Part shown: positions 62,663 to 64,000 of the stretch, piece after piece
Layout: every line of letters begins with the position of its first letter
How positions within the stretch are numbered: position 1 is the stretch's first letter
Translations under genes and position numbers: made by a program
DNA from: Amphiscolops sp. MND2022
Lineage: Eukaryota
Length of the DNA: 64,000 nucleotides
NCBI GenBank assembly: GCA_964187785.1
Contig: OZ076409.1
Coordinates: 5,148,001 to 5,212,000, forward strand
Direction of reading: 5' to 3'
Notes under the pieces: model-generated
The model's database searches: none
Told to the model about the DNA's origin: nothing
What the model saw: the letters and a program-made list of their open reading frames with translations, nothing else

Positions 62663-64000
62663 TGATTTCTACTGTTCCATTCTTCCCCATTCTGTTGTTG
62701 ATCTCGTTGGAACAAAAATTTCGTGTCTTTTAGTATAATTTGGTATAATGTTTCACTTTTGTTCTTCATTCGTTTTTTTTTGCAAAAACAAGTTTGAACG
62801 TTTGTCAAAAAACAAAGCTTTTCGAAACAACTTTTTTTTATTGTTGACTTTTTGAGATCTTCATGCATATGAAGAGGCTTCCGTAGTTTCTCGTGAAAAC
62901 GAATAGCTGGAAAGTGATTGGCCATTTTGGCTGAAACACTGTTAAAATTGTTAGAAAGTTGGAACGAATCCAGACAATTTTGTATCCCTTGATTTCAATC
63001 CAAAGCCTTCTTTGAGTATTTTTGTACGTAAGAGTTGAGTAAGTATTTTTGAGAGCAATTGATGTGAGATATATGTATCCACTTGAAATTGGACCACATC
63101 TTTTTCTCGAAACCAACTATAACATTTGCTGTATTCTATCGATTGAAATATCAACATGAGACAATTCACTGGTAGTAATGTAAGTTGCTAAATTGTATTA
63201 GTATGAGCTTGTTTTAAGTCGATAAAGTTCAAAATCATATCCTAATACATGTATGTTTAAAAAGTCCAATTTTACAGCGTATTTTTATACCATTTAAGGA
63301 TGATATGTAAATCAAAACATCAAGGGCTTCAGTTAAATCAAGAGAGTCGATTGCACATAAAATTTCTCTAAAATTTCAAGCAAAAGTTGACTAAAAGTGG
63401 GAAAAAGCTCAATTTTGACCTAATTTGGTTCAAAACGGCCTATCATATCTTCTACAATTTTCATCGCATAACCTTCAAATAAACATTTGTAAACTAGATA
63501 AAAATCTAAGAAACTTTCACTTATATCATTATTTAAAAAATCGCTGCTCTTTTAGAGATATTCGTTTTTGAGATTTGCCTTTTGTTGCTTTTAGAAATAT
63601 CACTACTGTATTCTTTCGTGTAGTCTAAATCAGAGTATGAATGTTCGCGAATATACAAGTTTCAATGGTCAACTAAAAGGTTGGCAGGTACTTTGCCGTC
63701 TATACGTAAATATGACCTTTAACGGTCTGAACTTATTACAATGAAACCCTGTCATATCATTTTTTGAGTTTCGGTTTTCAGCGGTAATTCAAGTAACTTG
63801 CCTTTTCTAGTAACTATTCTAGTATGATTATTCTAGTATATTCTAGTATAGGAACTAGTATGATATTCGTGATTAACGGATTTTCGGCATACGTGACGCG
63901 GGTAGTTTTTCAAAAAGAGTATGTGGATTCCTCGTCAAGGAAGGAACGTTTCACCAAAAAGTTTTTGCAGAATTTTGTTTGAAAAAGCTTCTAGTTTGGC

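Overview
AT-rich, repeat-dense animal (probably invertebrate) genomic DNA with spliceosomal introns; the species cannot be determined from the sequence. One host gene is recognisable: a + strand JmjC/cupin 2-oxoglutarate dioxygenase. Seven phase-compatible GT-AG exons (8062-19906) encode intact HxD...H ligands and a C-terminal RDEL ER-retrieval signal; its 5' exon(s) were not found. The rest is nested mobile DNA: an internally deleted Tc1 element, two Helentron/DINE-like non-autonomous families, Merlin-like MITEs (GG...CC ends, 8-bp TSD), a foldback-like element holding a 1.07-kb tandem triplication, two decayed BEL/Pao retrotransposons, a CGGBP1-like hAT transposase pseudogene, a small hAT deletion derivative, and a young full-length Mag-like Gypsy element. 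The most striking item is a 5.45-kb TIR element (CATTAC...GTAATG ends, 2-bp TSD, 32161-37611) inserted in a BEL gag. It has no visible transposase and carries a SET-domain (PR-Set7/SETD8-like) methyltransferase gene. A 200-N scaffold gap lies at 26106-26305. All calls were made by eye; no searches were run.
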